Below, in pieces: positions 1 to 13,224 of a stretch of DNA of 64,000 nucleotides (position 1 is its first letter; each line of letters opens with the position of its first letter). The DNA comes from Eledone cirrhosa (lineage: Eukaryota): NCBI GenBank assembly GCA_964016885.1, contig CAXHJY010000344.1, forward strand, positions 8,143 to 72,142. Reading direction: 5' to 3'. Under the pieces are notes generated by a model, which was not told the DNA's origin, ran no database searches, and saw nothing but the letters and a program-made list of their open reading frames with translations. Position numbers and translations under genes: made by a program.

Positions 1-140
1 ATTACGGCATACCCGCAGCATCACTATGAAAACGCCTTGTTGAGTCAAACCAAGCCAAGCGTTAATATCATCCACTACCTGGAATACCATAACTGGACTT
101 CACCTAAGTGGACTGCATTTAACTATTATTTGTTAATCCG

Positions 141-883
141 TATATATATATATACTAAATATATATATATATACTAAATATATACTATATATATATATAT
201 ATACTAAATATATACTATATATATATATATATACTAAATATATACTATATATATATATATATACTAAATATATACTATATATATATATATATATACTAAA
301 TATATATATACTAAATATATACTATATATATATATATATACTAAATATATATATACTAAATATATACTATATATATATATATATACTAAATATATACTAT
401 ATATATATATATATATACTAAATATATATATACTAAATATATACTATATATATATATATATACTAAATATATACTATATATATATATATATACTAAATAT
501 ATACTATATATATATATATATATATACTAAATATATACTATATATATATATATATATATACTAAATATATACTATATATATATATATATACTAAATATAT
601 ACTATATATATATATATATACTAAATATATACTATATATATATATATATATATATACTAAATATATACTATATATATATATATATACTAAATATATACTA
701 TATATATATATATATATACTAAATATATACTATATATATATATATATATACTAAATATATACTATATATATATATATATATATACTAAATATATACTATA
801 TATATATATATATACTAAATATATACTATATATATATATATACTAAATATATACTATATATATATATATATATACTAAATATA

Positions 884-914
<31 letters not shown>
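141..914. repeat. AT-rich minisatellite, ~30 bp unit CTAAATATATACTA(TA)n
   Basis: Unit ctaaatatatactatatatatatatatata repeated with variable (TA) length. Confidence 0.95.
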
Positions 915-917
<3 letters not shown>

Positions 918-1114
918 TTAAGGATACTATTTATGGTTATGTATATACTAAAACCTTTTATAGTTATATATATATTAAACCCTAAATAGTGAAAGACAGT
1001 AATTTATTACTACCTTATTACCATTAAGATAAATAGCTCAATGTAATAACATCAGTTGTTCTACAGAGCAGTTATATAGAAAGGAAGTCAAGTATGTAAT
1101 CAATCATTGAAAAA

Positions 1115-1163
1115 TTGCTTCGAAGACTCCAAACCTCGGCTTGGAAGAAACAATTGTAAGCGA
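1115..1163 (+). ncRNA. Degenerate minimal hammerhead ribozyme motif (Penelope-like terminal fragment)
   Basis: gct-TCGAAGA-c-tccaa..ttgga-a-GAAA-caattg-TA-agc: stem I gct/agc, stem II tccaa/ttgga, palindromic stem III ACAATTGT. First core positions are TC instead of CT. Confidence 0.45.
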
Positions 1164-1221
1164 ATAAATGGTTTAAACAGAACTTTGATTCATGTAATTT
1201 CTATAATTTCTATATATATAC

Positions 1222-1256
<35 letters not shown>

Positions 1257-1928
1257 CTTTCTATCTACTTACTCTTTCAAATTTTGTGTTCTATGTCAAA
1301 CCTTCATTTTCTATATTGATGTTTTTATTCAATGCTAACTCATAACATCCAGTAATGATTTCATAGAAAATATCTAATAACAGGTTTGTTAAGTCAAATC
1401 TTTATAGAACCCTTACTGATGTACAGATAGATCACTGTGAAAATGTACAGTATTAGAATAAATAATAATATTTTAATGTAATTCAGTCATAGTTTTTTAT
1501 TTTGTACTTTTCAACATTGTCTTGCTAATGTGGTATCATGTTATACAGAATGTTAAGTGGTAAACAGCTAGCCTGTACATTGGAAGTCTCAGAAAATACC
1601 ATATATACTAGAATAATAGTTGATCTCATGTAAAATTTGACCGCCTTTTTATGGCTATAAAATATGGAATTTACCATAGACTTCATATAAAAGTCATGTT
1701 TCACAGATAACAGGTTAACATTTATCAAGATATCATTCTGTACATAAAAATAACACTGTTACAAAATCGTCTTGAATTTAAGACAACTTTATATTATTAC
1801 AAATATATATCTGAAACTAAAAATATACCGAAACAGTTCGATGGATATGTGTAAAAGAACAAGTGTAAGTATTTATAAGAGCTACGTGGTTTTAGCCATG
1901 TGTTTTGATGCATAGAAATTGGTAATAA

Positions 1929-2118
1929 TTGTTTCTACTTTTGGCACAAGGCCAGCAATTATCTCAGTACATTACTGGTACTTTATTTTATCGACTCCGT
2001 AAGGATGAAAGGCAAAGTTAACCTCGGCGGGATTTGAACTCAGATCATAAAGGGCAGTAACTCTTTGCTGCTAAGCATGGTGTCTGACTTTCTACCGATA
2101 CTGCCAATCCCCTGCCCT
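1929..2118 (-). mobile_element. tRNA-derived SINE with Meta-like central domain (family A)
   Basis: Minus strand: A box TGGCAGTATCGG, B box GAGTTCAAATCC, core GCCTTTCATCCTTACGGAGTCGATAAAATAAAGTACCAG, tail GGCCTTGTGCC. Flanking direct repeat aattggtaataat (TSD). Confidence 0.9.
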
Positions 2119-2419
2119 TGGGAATTGGTAATAATACTGTAATTCATTGTGTTTTTGTTTTTATCTGTTTAGAGATCAATTGAGCTTCTGCTTTTGATTC
2201 TACTTTGAATTTCAAGCCCCTAAAAGGTAGTATCCATGTATTAGTCGACCCCATAAATTTAACCTTAAAAAATAGTCTAAAATTTCGACTTCTACAGGAA
2301 TATATACAGTATATCTATATATTAAAAATCTAAATGCAATGCTGACATATGGCAGCAAAGGCCTGTGTATTAAAGTATCTTATAACTTTACATCAACAGC
2401 AAGAACTAGATAAATAGAT

Positions 2420-2730
2420 GCAGTACTCTTTTTACTCTTTACTGGTTTAGTCAGACTGCAGCCTTGCTGGGGCACTGCCATGATTTAGTCAATCATATTG
2501 GCCCCATTATTTTTTTCTGGTCCATATTTTATCGATCCTCTTTTGTTGAATCGCTAAGTTATGGAGCACACACACAGAGGCTTCTGCAGTTTCCATGTAT
2601 CAAATTCCACTCAGAAAGCATTGGCCAACCCTAAGTTATAGAAGATACTTGTTCAAGATGCTGCACAGCAAGATTGTACCCAGGACCACATGATTGCAAA
2701 ATGAACTCTTTAACCACACAGTCACAGCTA
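2420..2730 (-). mobile_element. Degenerate CORE-type tRNA-derived SINE (family C)
   Basis: Minus strand tgtgtggttaaagag..cctgggtacaatct..cttgaacaagtatcttctataac..gagtggaatttgata; related pieces at ~27950-28110, 46550-46680 and 61880-62010. Confidence 0.6.
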
Positions 2731-3100
2731 TGCCAGTAGCAATGTTCATTACATGGCAAATTAGCCAAGAATTTGATGATTGTTTCCCAAACTTCAACTT
2801 TAACACCTCCATTCTCCGAGGAGATCCATTATAGGCATGTGTGGCGGTGGGTGGGGGTAGGAGGCAATTAAAGAACAATAACTAGGTAAGGTGATTAATA
2901 ACCTATTCACACACAGAAAAAAGGAAGTACCTTGATTATTAGTTGACATATTGTGTCTATTCTGAAGAAAAGGCCTTGAGGGAGGAATTACAAAATTACA
3001 GAGCCAAATTCTTTCTTTCTAGTTGATGAAGTGTCATATCAAAATATCCCTATTTATGTCTTGGGGGCTCTATCAACAGGATTTGGTCATAACCTTTTAA

Positions 3101-3340
3101 CCCTTTCCTTAACATATTTCTAATGACATACACGTATTGGAATTAATTAAAGAATTTCAAGGGATTTACTTAAATTATTATTTCATTAAGATAGTATTAG
3201 ACATATAAAACTTTTTTTTATAATAAATGATGTTAAAAGGTTTTAATTTAAACAGGAAGCCTTTATTCTATTTTTTTTTTTTTTTTTTTTTTTTTCATAG
3301 AAAAAGGAGCAGTTTTGAGGCAGGTTGGTCTCAAAAGATT
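3101..3340. mobile_element. Putative piggyBac-type non-autonomous element
   Basis: TTAA|CCCTTT start and degenerate AAAAGATT|TTAA end; related copies at ~3770-4170, 7245-8567 (interrupted) and 28500-28755. Confidence 0.45.
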
Positions 3341-4814
3341 TTAAAGGAAATCTCTAGAAGATAACAGATTTTGGCAGAGTTCAGAATTGTAATTGAGATG
3401 GAATTTTGAAAATGAGAAAGCCATTTTATTGTTGCCAAGAGGAAAATCCCATTTCTAAATTGATAATTGAAATGTTCATTTTGACATATTCTCACATTAC
3501 ATAGCTTAATTTTTAGTTATGAGATTTAGTAATTAGCAAGAAATGAAGTATTGGGGTTAGTGGGGTAGGGATAACATTTGAACCAGCAATCTTAGATTTC
3601 TTAATCAGTGTCTCCTTGAAGATTATGTTGATTGTTCTTCGTCTTGAAAAGAAGGTGATAAAATACTTATTACTAATATTATGGAATATTAAACCAAATA
3701 AACAAGAATATGTCTGTCTAATTAATTAAAGTTAATTAAAAGTGTTGATAAATACAAGATACAAGATTTAACCATTCCGTTACCATATTTCTAATGAAAG
3801 ACACTGCCTACTATCTTCAAATAATTTTGGAAATAATCAAGAATTTGTCATGATTTATAAACATAGCTAACGTTCTCATTATTAAGTTGATGTTTGGAAC
3901 TTACAGGATCTTACATAAAATTATGACAGATGGAACTTGCCAGATCAGACCCAAGAAATAATGTTTCCAATTTCTGATACTATCTACTGGTCACAACTCC
4001 CGACAGAATAGCAACATGAAATAAAATGTCTTGCTCAAAGACACATCGCCCAGCCCAGGAATCGAACTTACAACCTCACAATTGTGAATCCAACTCTCTA
4101 TCCACTAAGCTACATGCCTTCAGTTTTACATCGTTGAACCAGGGGTGGTTTAGTATCAAAAAGATTAACACTTAACAAGCTAAAAAATAGAATTTCTAAC
4201 TCAAATGTTTCCATCCTATTATGGATTTTACATAGTTTTTCTTGGGCGGGGTGGTTGAAATATATCTATATAAGTGCATTGACAGGAGAGAATGTGACAT
4301 CTAACCAACAAACCTGACACCTAGCTCTAACTAGGTGAACCATTTCATTAACATTTCATTCACTCATTTACATTATCATCAGCAGCAGCAACATCATTAT
4401 TATTTTACATAAAAATACTTGTCAAAAATATTGTTAAGAGCAGAACAGATAACATCAACTATGTTATTTATAATTCAGAGAAACTATGGTTGATAAATGA
4501 GTCCATCTGTAACAGTTAAGTGGAATTAAGATGGCATGCTAGCTGGACCTGAAAGACCAGTGAGCTGAATTTAGTAGTATTAATGTTCGTGAGGAGAAGA
4601 GATGTTGTTGTTTGTGCTGTTTCACTTATCTGATGACAACATTGACTGATGTTGTTGTTGACGTTGTAGTTATTGTTGCTATTGTTTTCAACCACAATGC
4701 ACTGAAAGGTGAAAATGAACAAGCCACACCCTCCTCCAAACCACACCCTCTTCCAAACCACACCCTTCCTGTAGACTCTTATTCAACATATGCCAATAGC
4801 TATTCCATATGAAG

Positions 4815-5070
4815 ATATGTGATCTAGTGGTTAGGGTCTTTGACTAAAGATCATAAGGTTGTGGGTTCAATTCTCGGACCAGGTAAGGTGTTGTGTTCTC
4901 ATCCACTCAAGTAATCATGAGTACCAGCAGTAGCTAGGGGTTAACCCTGCAATGGATTGGTCTCCTGTCCAGGGGGAAGTGTCTTGTACTTTCAGTTGTT
5001 TAACATCAATGAAACCTGGATAAATACTGGCCTGAAGAACCACCAAGCTTGGGACAAACTTTAACTTTCT
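4815..5070 (+). mobile_element. CORE-type tRNA-derived SINE (family B)
   Basis: A box tgatctagtgg, B box ggttcaattctc; body homologous to the minus-strand copies at 7620-7830 and 25270-25535. Confidence 0.7.
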
Positions 5071-5337
5071 TTTTTATTCTATAGCAAACAGATTGTCATG
5101 CCATGCCCTCCTCCAAATAACATAGCAGCTATTCCACATCAGACAGGGACTGTCTAGCCATGTCCATCACCTAGTAACATATACTAACACCTATTTCACA
5201 TCAAATTATGACTATCCAACAATACCCTCCACCTCCTTGCAACATATACCATATAAATGTACATTCATGCTAGCATCGAATATGGACGTTAAACAATGAT
5301 GATGATGATGATGAGATATATATATATATATATATAG

Positions 5338-5530
5338 ACAGCTGAGAGAAAGGAGTACTCAATATCGAAATAGAGTTTTAATATTCATTTTATTAAGGCC
5401 GTATGTATGTATATTTATATTGTGTCTGCTATTGAAATGTTAGTTCTTCTCTGATGACCCTGTAATTAACAGGTGAAACTCCAGAGTAACAAAACTCACT
5501 ATTTAGCCTGAATAAAATGAATATCTATAT
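5338..5530. mobile_element. Penelope-like terminal repeat fragment with inverted segment
   Basis: 5338-5400 is the reverse complement of 19323-19386; contains a hammerhead at 5442-5497; tails actatttagcctgaataaaatga and actattcagccttaataaaatga (19320) are shared. Confidence 0.55.
5442..5497 (+). ncRNA. Type-I hammerhead ribozyme motif
   Basis: CTGATGA-c-cctgt-aatta-acagg-t-GAAA-ctc-ca-gag-TA: intact core boxes, 5-bp stem II, stem III ACTC/GAGT, GUA cleavage triplet; stem I imperfect. Confidence 0.6.
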
Positions 5531-5544
5531 GCAGAGGACATGCA

Positions 5545-5938
5545 TAGACTGAAGAGAATTGAAGTAACCATGCTCTGTTGGATGTGCAATGTAAGTGTGA
5601 GAAAAAGGCAGAGCTTAGACAAGTGGAGGGAGAAACTTGGTTTAAGAGGAATCTAAGGTGGTGTGCAGGAGAGAAGATTGCATTGATATAGACATGCAAT
5701 GTGCATGGACAGTGATTGTTGGGTGATGAAGTGCCAGGAAATGCAAATGGTAGAAAGCCACAGTAGAAGTAGACCCAAAAAAATATGGGCAGAGGTGGTG
5801 AGAGCTGATCTGAAATCACAGACTCACAGAAGCGATGACAAATGATCGTGACATGTGGAGAGATGCCATGGTGAGAAGGACCCATCCAACCCATGAAAGC
5901 ATGGAAACGTGAACGTAAAAACAATGATGATGATGGTG
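5545..5938 (+). mobile_element. RTE-clade LINE 3' fragment (decayed)
   Basis: Degenerate WMCNVSV.. C-terminal coding trace ending in acccatgaaagcatggaaacgtgaacgtaaaaacaat(gat)n tail; homologous to 11685-12050. Confidence 0.65.
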
Positions 5939-5984
<46 letters not shown>

Positions 5985-7619
5985 TGAAATGTGTCAGTGA
6001 CAAGGTTACAGAAACTGCAACAAAAATATTGACACCATGAAATAAATTAGTTAATGTAACAACTTCTGGGTGATCTTTTTAAATGGCTCTTCCACAGAAT
6101 AAATGGCTAAAATTCTTTTTCCATGATAAAATGCACCCAGTACACTCTGAAAAGTTGTAGTGTCGATGTCAAGATATAATGTATGCAGTGCACTTTGTAA
6201 TGTAAAGTGGTAGTGCCAATATCACAATAAAATTCACCCAGTACACCCTGTAAAATGGTAATGTTGGTGCCATGACAAAGCACACCCAGTACACATTGTA
6301 AAGTGGTTGATGATGACAACCCAGTGAACTAATGACAGCATGAAGAATGGCAGTGTGATGGTGATGAGTTTTTAAAAATGAGGAGAAAAAGTGTAGAGTT
6401 TGTGCTAATGCGGTAAATGATAATAGTATTGAATGCTATTCTCAGAGATATGGTGCAATAATGATTACAGTAGGAAGAGAGAGAGAAAGTATGAAGAATT
6501 CTTGTCACAAGGTAAAACAGTGGAACAAATAAACAGATAAGGTGATGCATGTCACAGATGAAGCAAAAAATAGAGATGTTTGCCCTAGCGTGTGATGCCA
6601 ATTTGGAAAGTCTGATGTTTAAACCAATCAAAGCAATAATTATGATAATTCTTCTGGCCTCTAGCTATTCCTAGCCACTTTTATCAATCTAGTTTGGTTT
6701 CCATTACAAACATCGCTTGAGTTCTTCACAGGAAGGAGACAACAAAGAATTTGATTTAGAAACAGAATTTATTTTATTTTGTCTCTTTTATTCTGGCACA
6801 CTACACAGATTATGTCTTCCAGTTCTCCTTTTCTTTCTCACTATCTATATGTCTGCCTATCTATCTCTTTCACTATCTTTCTATCAACCTGTGTCTATTT
6901 GTCTCTCTACCTATCTATCTCTATCAAATTATCTACCTAACTACCATCCTGTCTATCTTTCCATTTATTTATCAACCTCTACATCCATCTACCTACCTAT
7001 CAATCTATTTACCTTTCTATCTACCTACCTACTAACCTGTTTATATACCTATCTACCTACCTACTAACCTGTCTACCTAACAATCTATCTGTGGGTGAAA
7101 TTTGGTAGACAGAAAGTGCAGACACCCCTCACGTGTGTCCATATTTATGTTTATTCCTTGTAACTTAGTAGTTCAACAAAAAGAGATTGATAAAACAAGT
7201 ACCAAACTTGAAAAATAATTCAATATGATTGACTAAATCTCTTTAACCCTTTTGCTACCAACCCATCCTCAGAACCACCTCTGGTTCTAAGTAACAAAAA
7301 ACTTATTTTAAATGGTTCTGATTTAAATTAAAATCTTCCAATATAAATTTATATAAGAACCATGTTATTTTAGTAATGAAATAACTAGTTGTTGTAAATC
7401 CTTCAAAATTCTCTAACTCAAAGTCCTACACCACATGAAATCATATTAAAACAAGACATTCTTAAATCATACAAAACAACACTATAACTGCATCAGATTA
7501 AAAATTGAAGTATTTTTTTTTTAGTTTACTGCAATTTTCCCAAAGATCTGTCCATTAATATAGTCTAAAGTCTAGTCGCTAGTCTAAAGTCAGGAAGCTT
7601 ATGAAGCTGGTCAGGAAGC

Positions 7620-8434
7620 TGGTCAGGCTGGTGCCTATCCAGGTTTTGTGGTATGAAGCAACTGAGAGTACAAAACTCCCCACAGGACAGGAAGCCAATC
7701 CATCACAGGGTTAAACCCCAGCTATTACTGGTACTCATTTTCAGCTGAGTATACTGGAGCAATGTGAAATGAAGAGCTTTGCTCAAGAACACAACACACA
7801 ACCCAGCCCAGGAATCGAACCCATGACATTATGATTGTAAGTCCAACACCCTTACCACTAGGCCACACACCTCCACTTATGATTGTAAGTCCAACACCCT
7901 TACCACTAGGCCACACACCCCCACTTATGATTGTAAGTCCAACACCCTTACCACTAGGCCACACACCTCCACTTATGATTGTAAGTCCAACACCCTTACC
8001 ACTAAGCCACACACCTCCACTTATGATCATAGGTCCAACACTCTTACTACTAGGCCACAACTCTACTTATGATCATAGGTCCAACACCCTTACCACTAGG
8101 CCACAACTCTACTTATGATCATAGGTCCAACACCCTTACCACTAGACCACAACTCTACTTATGATCATAGGTCCAACACCCTTACCACTAGGCCACAACT
8201 CTACTTATGATCATAGGTCCAACACCCTTACCACTAGGCCACAACTCTACTTATGATCATAGGTCCAACACCCTTACCACTAGGCCACAACTCTACTTAT
8301 GATCATAGGTCCAACACCCTTACTACTAGGCCACAACTCTATTTATGATCATAGGTCCAACACCCTTACTACTAGGCCACAACTCTACTTATAATCATAG
8401 GTCCAACACCCTTACCACTAGGCCACATGCCTCC
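7620..8434 (-). mobile_element. CORE-type SINE whose tRNA head is tandemly amplified
   Basis: Minus strand: B box GGTTCGATTCC, CORE-like tgtgttcttgagcaaagctcttcatttcacattgctccag; head repeated 13 times. Confidence 0.85.
7829..8434. repeat. Minisatellite, 4 x 48 bp plus 9 x 46 bp, derived from the SINE head
   Basis: Unit starts at 7829, 7877, 7925, 7973, 8021, then every 46 bp to 8389; unit ttatgatcataggtccaacacccttaccactaggccacaactctac. Confidence 0.95.
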
Positions 8435-9367
8435 ATTAATAAAGACACTATAAATATTTGAATAAATAAACCTATTTTTAGACATTTTATGCTAAATCAT
8501 TACAGGATGTTAAGAGTTAATTGAAATAGATTGTATTTCATTTGAAATATGGTCACAATAGGTTTAAGGCTATACCCTGGCATGGTTGCAGTCAAATAAC
8601 TGAAACCAGTTAAAAGAATAAAGAGAACATTTGAAGACCAAACAAAAAGCAATAAATTTTTACAGCGTAAATTTATATCGACAGAATATTTTCTAAATCA
8701 ACTTTTAATTACTGGAAATAATTCCAGGGAAATAATAAAAAATAATAAAATAACAACTAATTATACAAATGCCCTCAAAGGAACCAACTTCTTTCCTGGT
8801 CTGATTCTGTTTGGAAAATAAATATAAAGAAATAAAGAAAAATTAAAGAAAAAAATGATAAAGAAAAATTAAAATGAAAAATAAAAATAAAGGAAAATTA
8901 AAGAAAAAAAAACTTTGATAGAAATTCATTAAAATAAGATTTCATTAAACAGAACTGTTGTTTATTAATCCATTTATTTTGTGGTTCCCAGTAGAGTAGT
9001 AAAACTTAGCAATTTCTATGGCTGAACTTCTGTAATTTAAAAGGTTTTTTTAAGATGATGATGATGACTGTTGTTGCTGTTTATATTTCCTGTGATGACC
9101 TCAGGTCAACAATAGATCTATATCACCAATGTGAAATATCATTAACAGATTTATAATATATTGAGAATTTTATTGTTTTTTTACCGATGTTTCTACTTCA
9201 ATGATAGGAATGACTTTAATAGGAACCTCTTTAAAACCAGCCTATGTTGCCATAATTCTTATTTACTTTACAGCCAACTAAAGTCTTCTCAAATAATAAA
9301 ATATAATCTTAATTAGAAATTTCTAACATGGAATCCTAATTGCTTACTTTTATGAAAAAGAAAAAAA

Positions 9368-9401
<34 letters not shown>

Positions 9402-10015
9402 GATTGGCAGAATCAGTAGAGCGTCAGACAAAATGCTTAGCAGTATTTTGTTATGTCCCTTTATGTTCTGAGTTCAAATCCTGCCGAGGTTAGCTTTGCC
9501 TTTCATCCTGACAAGGTCAATAAAATAAAGTACCAGTAATGCACTGGGGTCGATTTAGGCAGAAGGCCAACAATTTGAGGGGAGGGGAAAGTTGATTAAA
9601 TCAACCCCGGTGCATTACTGGTACAATATTTTATTGGCCCAGTAAGGATGAAAAGCAAAGCTCATCTCAGTGGGATTTGAACTCATAATTATTATCATAG
9701 CATCTGACAACATACTTTGCAGCATATTGTTACAGCCCTTCATGCTGAGTTCAAATCCTGCCATAGTTAGCTTTGCCTTTCATCCTGATGGGGTCAATAA
9801 AATTAAGTACCAGTAGCACACATTATAATGTATGGATTGGCAGTATCAGTAGAGGGTCGGACGCCATGCTTTCCAGCATAGTTACGTCCCTTTACAATCT
9901 GAGTTCAAATCCCACCGAGGTTGACTTTGCCTTTCATCCTTACGGGGTCGATAAAATAAAGTACCAGTAATGCACTGAGTAATTGCAGGCCTTGTGCCTA
10001 AAGTAGAAACAATTA
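9402..10015. mobile_element. Cluster of four family-A SINE copies (mostly +, one -) following an (ATT)n tract
   Basis: Repeated gagttcaaatcc..gcctttcatcct..ataaaataaagtaccag motifs at ~9470, 9747 and 9900; inverse copy at ~9560-9690. Confidence 0.85.
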
Positions 10016-10319
10016 TAATGTATACAAATTAACAGAATTCTAAACAAAATAGAAGGGGAAAAGGGCAGGAGCAGATATGCACACTCAATCATATGGTACA
10101 AGAAGTGCTGGAGTTTTCCTGTACATATTCACAACATTGTTGCAGGTGAAAGTTAGGCTAAACCACAGAAAGCAGCTTTGTGAGATCACCTGATACATCA
10201 GTAAAGCAACCTGCCAACAATAACAAAAACCTTGTTTTCAGCAACCCAACTACCCGAAACATCTTGAATACCACAGGCTGAAAAAAGTGGGTCGATAATT
10301 AAGGGACAAATTTTACAGG

Positions 10320-10500
10320 CAAAACCAACAGGCAGGAGACCCAGGAGTAGATTCCCAAGTAAGATGGTTGTATAACATCCATGAGCTTGGCCGGTCTCGC
10401 TTGGGGATCCAGCAGGATCAGTTGGATATGGTTGTTTCTGACAGGACCTGCTGGAAAGAATGTTTGAGGACTCTGCCCAAACAACCCTCTCATAAATAAG
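10320..10500 (+). mobile_element. RTE-type LINE 3' fragment
   Basis: KPTGRRPR..NIHELGRSRLGIQ trace; homologous to 47525-47730, which ends in (AAG)n. Confidence 0.6.
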
Positions 10501-11304
10501 TAGGCAAAGAAGAAAATTGGTATTTTAGAATTTTATTCCTGTGCCTACAGGTTCAGTGACTCACATTTACCACAGTCTCCAAGATGTGGGATGGAGCAAA
10601 TAAGTCAATAACTGTGGTGTCCCAAATGAGAGATCTATCTCTTACCCTGGAGCAAAGTGTAAGCCATCTAGCTTCTTCCCATCAACTCTGGACAATCTGA
10701 TTGGCTCCAGAATTGAGGGGATGTTGAGTCAATCCTGGGCCCACTTCATAATTAGGTTTAGCTGAATATGCTAAGTGAAACAGCCTACATTTTACATTCA
10801 TTTAAATTTTAACTACCACCACCCTCACACATTATCAAACTTTAATAGTGTTAAAAGTTTATTTGTTGTTTTTTAGATAATCAATCAATCAATATGTTCA
10901 ATATTATAGAATTTTTCAGAAATAAAAAATAATTAAATATTCTCCTGTCCAACAAAATATATCAATATTCTTCCACTGAAGAAGAGTGAATTCTCATCAA
11001 TCTAACACTATCTTTGTCGATCATCAACATATTGACTTAAACGTTACAATAAATTATTTTTATAATTAATCTATAGTTTTATATATCATACATTTTTTTA
11101 AAGCTTGCATTAAGTTTATTTCAATAGAATCCATACAAATAAACAATATATTTAAAAAAAAAAAAGGGAAAAACCAGAAGCACAAGAGTTTCCCTTTTAA
11201 AAGATTTTGAAGCAAGGCATTCATGGCATTGCTACAGGTGATAGTGTGGCTAAGGTACTGGAATAACAAAACATCCTAAATTATTGAGGTGTTATAAGAT
11301 AGTG

Positions 11305-11610
11305 ATGGTGTGTGGCTTTGTGATAAAGGCACATAATCATAAGGTCATGAGTTTGATTCCTGGCAGCACATTGTGTCCTTGAGCAAAACACTATTTTTCA
11401 TTGCTCCAGTTCACTCAAAATTGAGTTGTACCTGTAATTAAAAGGGCCAGCCTTGTCACATTCTGTGTCATGCTGAATCTCCCCGAGTATTACGTTAAGG
11501 GTATGCATGTCTGTTGAATGTTCAGCCACTTGCATATTAATTTCATGAGCAGGCTGTTCTGTTGATCGGATCAACTGGAATGGTTGTCGTTATAACCAAT
11601 AGAGTGCCAG
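11305..11610 (+). mobile_element. CORE-type tRNA-derived SINE
   Basis: tggctttgtg A box, gagtttgattcc B box, tgtgtccttgagcaaaacact CORE; body shared with 25810-26092, 41575-41835, 45580-45858 (-) and 49297-49568 (-). Confidence 0.8.
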
Positions 11611-11684
11611 CACTATATATAAGATATTGCATATAAGATGTTTACATCTCTTTATACATAGATCTATAGTTATATACTGTAAGA

Positions 11685-12050
11685 GAAATGAACAACCATG
11701 CTTCATTGGATGTGCAATGTAAATGTGAGTGAAAGGCTGAGCTTGGACAAGTTGAGGGAGAAACTGGGTTTAAGATGAATAAAAAGCGGTGTGCAAGAGA
11801 GAAGACTACATTGATATCGACCCCTGATGTGCGTGGAAGATGATCGCTGGGTGAAGAAGTGGCAGGATATCACAGTAGAGTTAGACCAAGGAAGACCTGG
11901 GCGGAGATGGTGAGAGCTGATCTTAAAATCACTGAGACTCACAGAGGAGATGATGAAGGAATGCGACAAGTGGAGAGATGCTGCGCTGAAAAAGACCCGC
12001 CTAACCCATGAGAGAGTGGGAAAAAGCACATAAAAATGATGATCATGATG
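11685..12050 (+). mobile_element. RTE-clade LINE 3' fragment
   Basis: MLHWMCNVNVSERLSLDKLREKLG..QERRLH..GRP trace with acccatg..(gat)n tail. Confidence 0.7.
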
Positions 12051-12534
12051 AATGCTTCCACCATTAAAATATATTACTGGTGTGTTTAGTGTTGGCTAAA
12101 ATTCTTCAGATGTATTGTGTGTTATAGTAAAACAGTGTTGGTTGAAAATCAATAGTTTTATTATGTAGTAAACCATTTTACCTGTAAAATAAACTACTGG
12201 CAGTGTTTTCTGTTCACAAAGATGTTTATAAGATTTTTATATCTGTCTAGATATATATTGAGTTATATTCTCTACTACTTAAAGTAGCATGTTAACATAA
12301 AATAATTGTTTGTTTTTGTCTACAACGATATTGCACATATAGACAAGGCATTTACATCTGTCTATTCATCAGTGTAGGCCAAAAATATATAGATATATTC
12401 TATAATACAGTATATATAGACAAGATATTTACATCTGCCTATATATACAGAGTTGGCCAAAATCTATAGACATATTCTGTAGTACAGTATATATATACAG
12501 ATAAGATGTTTACACCTGACTATATATACACTTG

Positions 12535-12830
12535 GCGGCGAATTGGCAGAGTTATCAGAATGTCGCATAAAATGCTTGACGGTATTTGTTTCGACTGTTC
12601 TCAAAACAATTCCCTTTACCTTTCATCCATTCCAGGTCGATAAACAAAGTACCAGTCTAGTATTGGGGTAGATCTTTCCTCTATATCGCTTTCTCACTTC
12701 TATTCTCTCTGTAAGAAATCTGCAGTACACAGACCTCGAGATGAGATGGACTCCACCAGGTTTTAAAATGCCCTAGAAACACCATATGTAAATACAACTC
12801 CCCAAGGAGTTACGGGACCATTCATGCATA
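12535..12830 (+). mobile_element. Meta-domain SINE with alternative 3' tail
   Basis: tggcagagtt head, cctttcatccattccaggtcgataaacaaagtaccag core; tail aagaaatctgc..ttttaaaatgccctagaaac..ggagttacgggacc recurs at ~19880-20020, 30760-31090 (-) and 45375-45540. Confidence 0.65.
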
Positions 12831-12905
12831 TGGTTAGTAAGATCTATAGACAAATTTTGTAGTACAGTATATATATAGACAAGATGTTTGCATCTATCTA
12901 TATAT

Positions 12906-13210
12906 AATTGTTTCTACTTTTGGCACAAGGCCAGCAATTATATCAGTGTATTACTGGTACTTTATTTTATCGACCTCGTAAGGATGAAAGGCAAAGTTAA
13001 TCTCGGCGGGATTTGAACTCAGAATGTAAAGGGCTATAACTCTTTGCATGGCGTCTGACCCTCTACTGATACTGCCAATCCACAGCCTTTATCTATATAT
13101 ATATATAATTGTTTCTACTTTTGGCACAAGGCCAGCAATTTCCTCAGTGTATTACTGGTACTTTATTTTATCGACCCCGTAAGGATGAAAGGCAAAGTTA
13201 ACCTTGGCAT
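12906..13210 (-). mobile_element. Two tandem family-A SINE copies
   Basis: Two aattgtttctacttttggcacaaggccagc.. units; the second is truncated by the adjacent MITE. Confidence 0.85.
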
Positions 13211-13224
13211 GGGCTAAAATCTTT

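Noticed and set aside
7829-8434. CRISPR-like regular array
   Set aside because: Units are contiguous with no unique spacers and derive from a SINE head; eukaryotic context with no cas genes
10975-11010. CTGAAGA-agag-tgaa-ttct hammerhead-like start
   Set aside because: The GAAA box is absent
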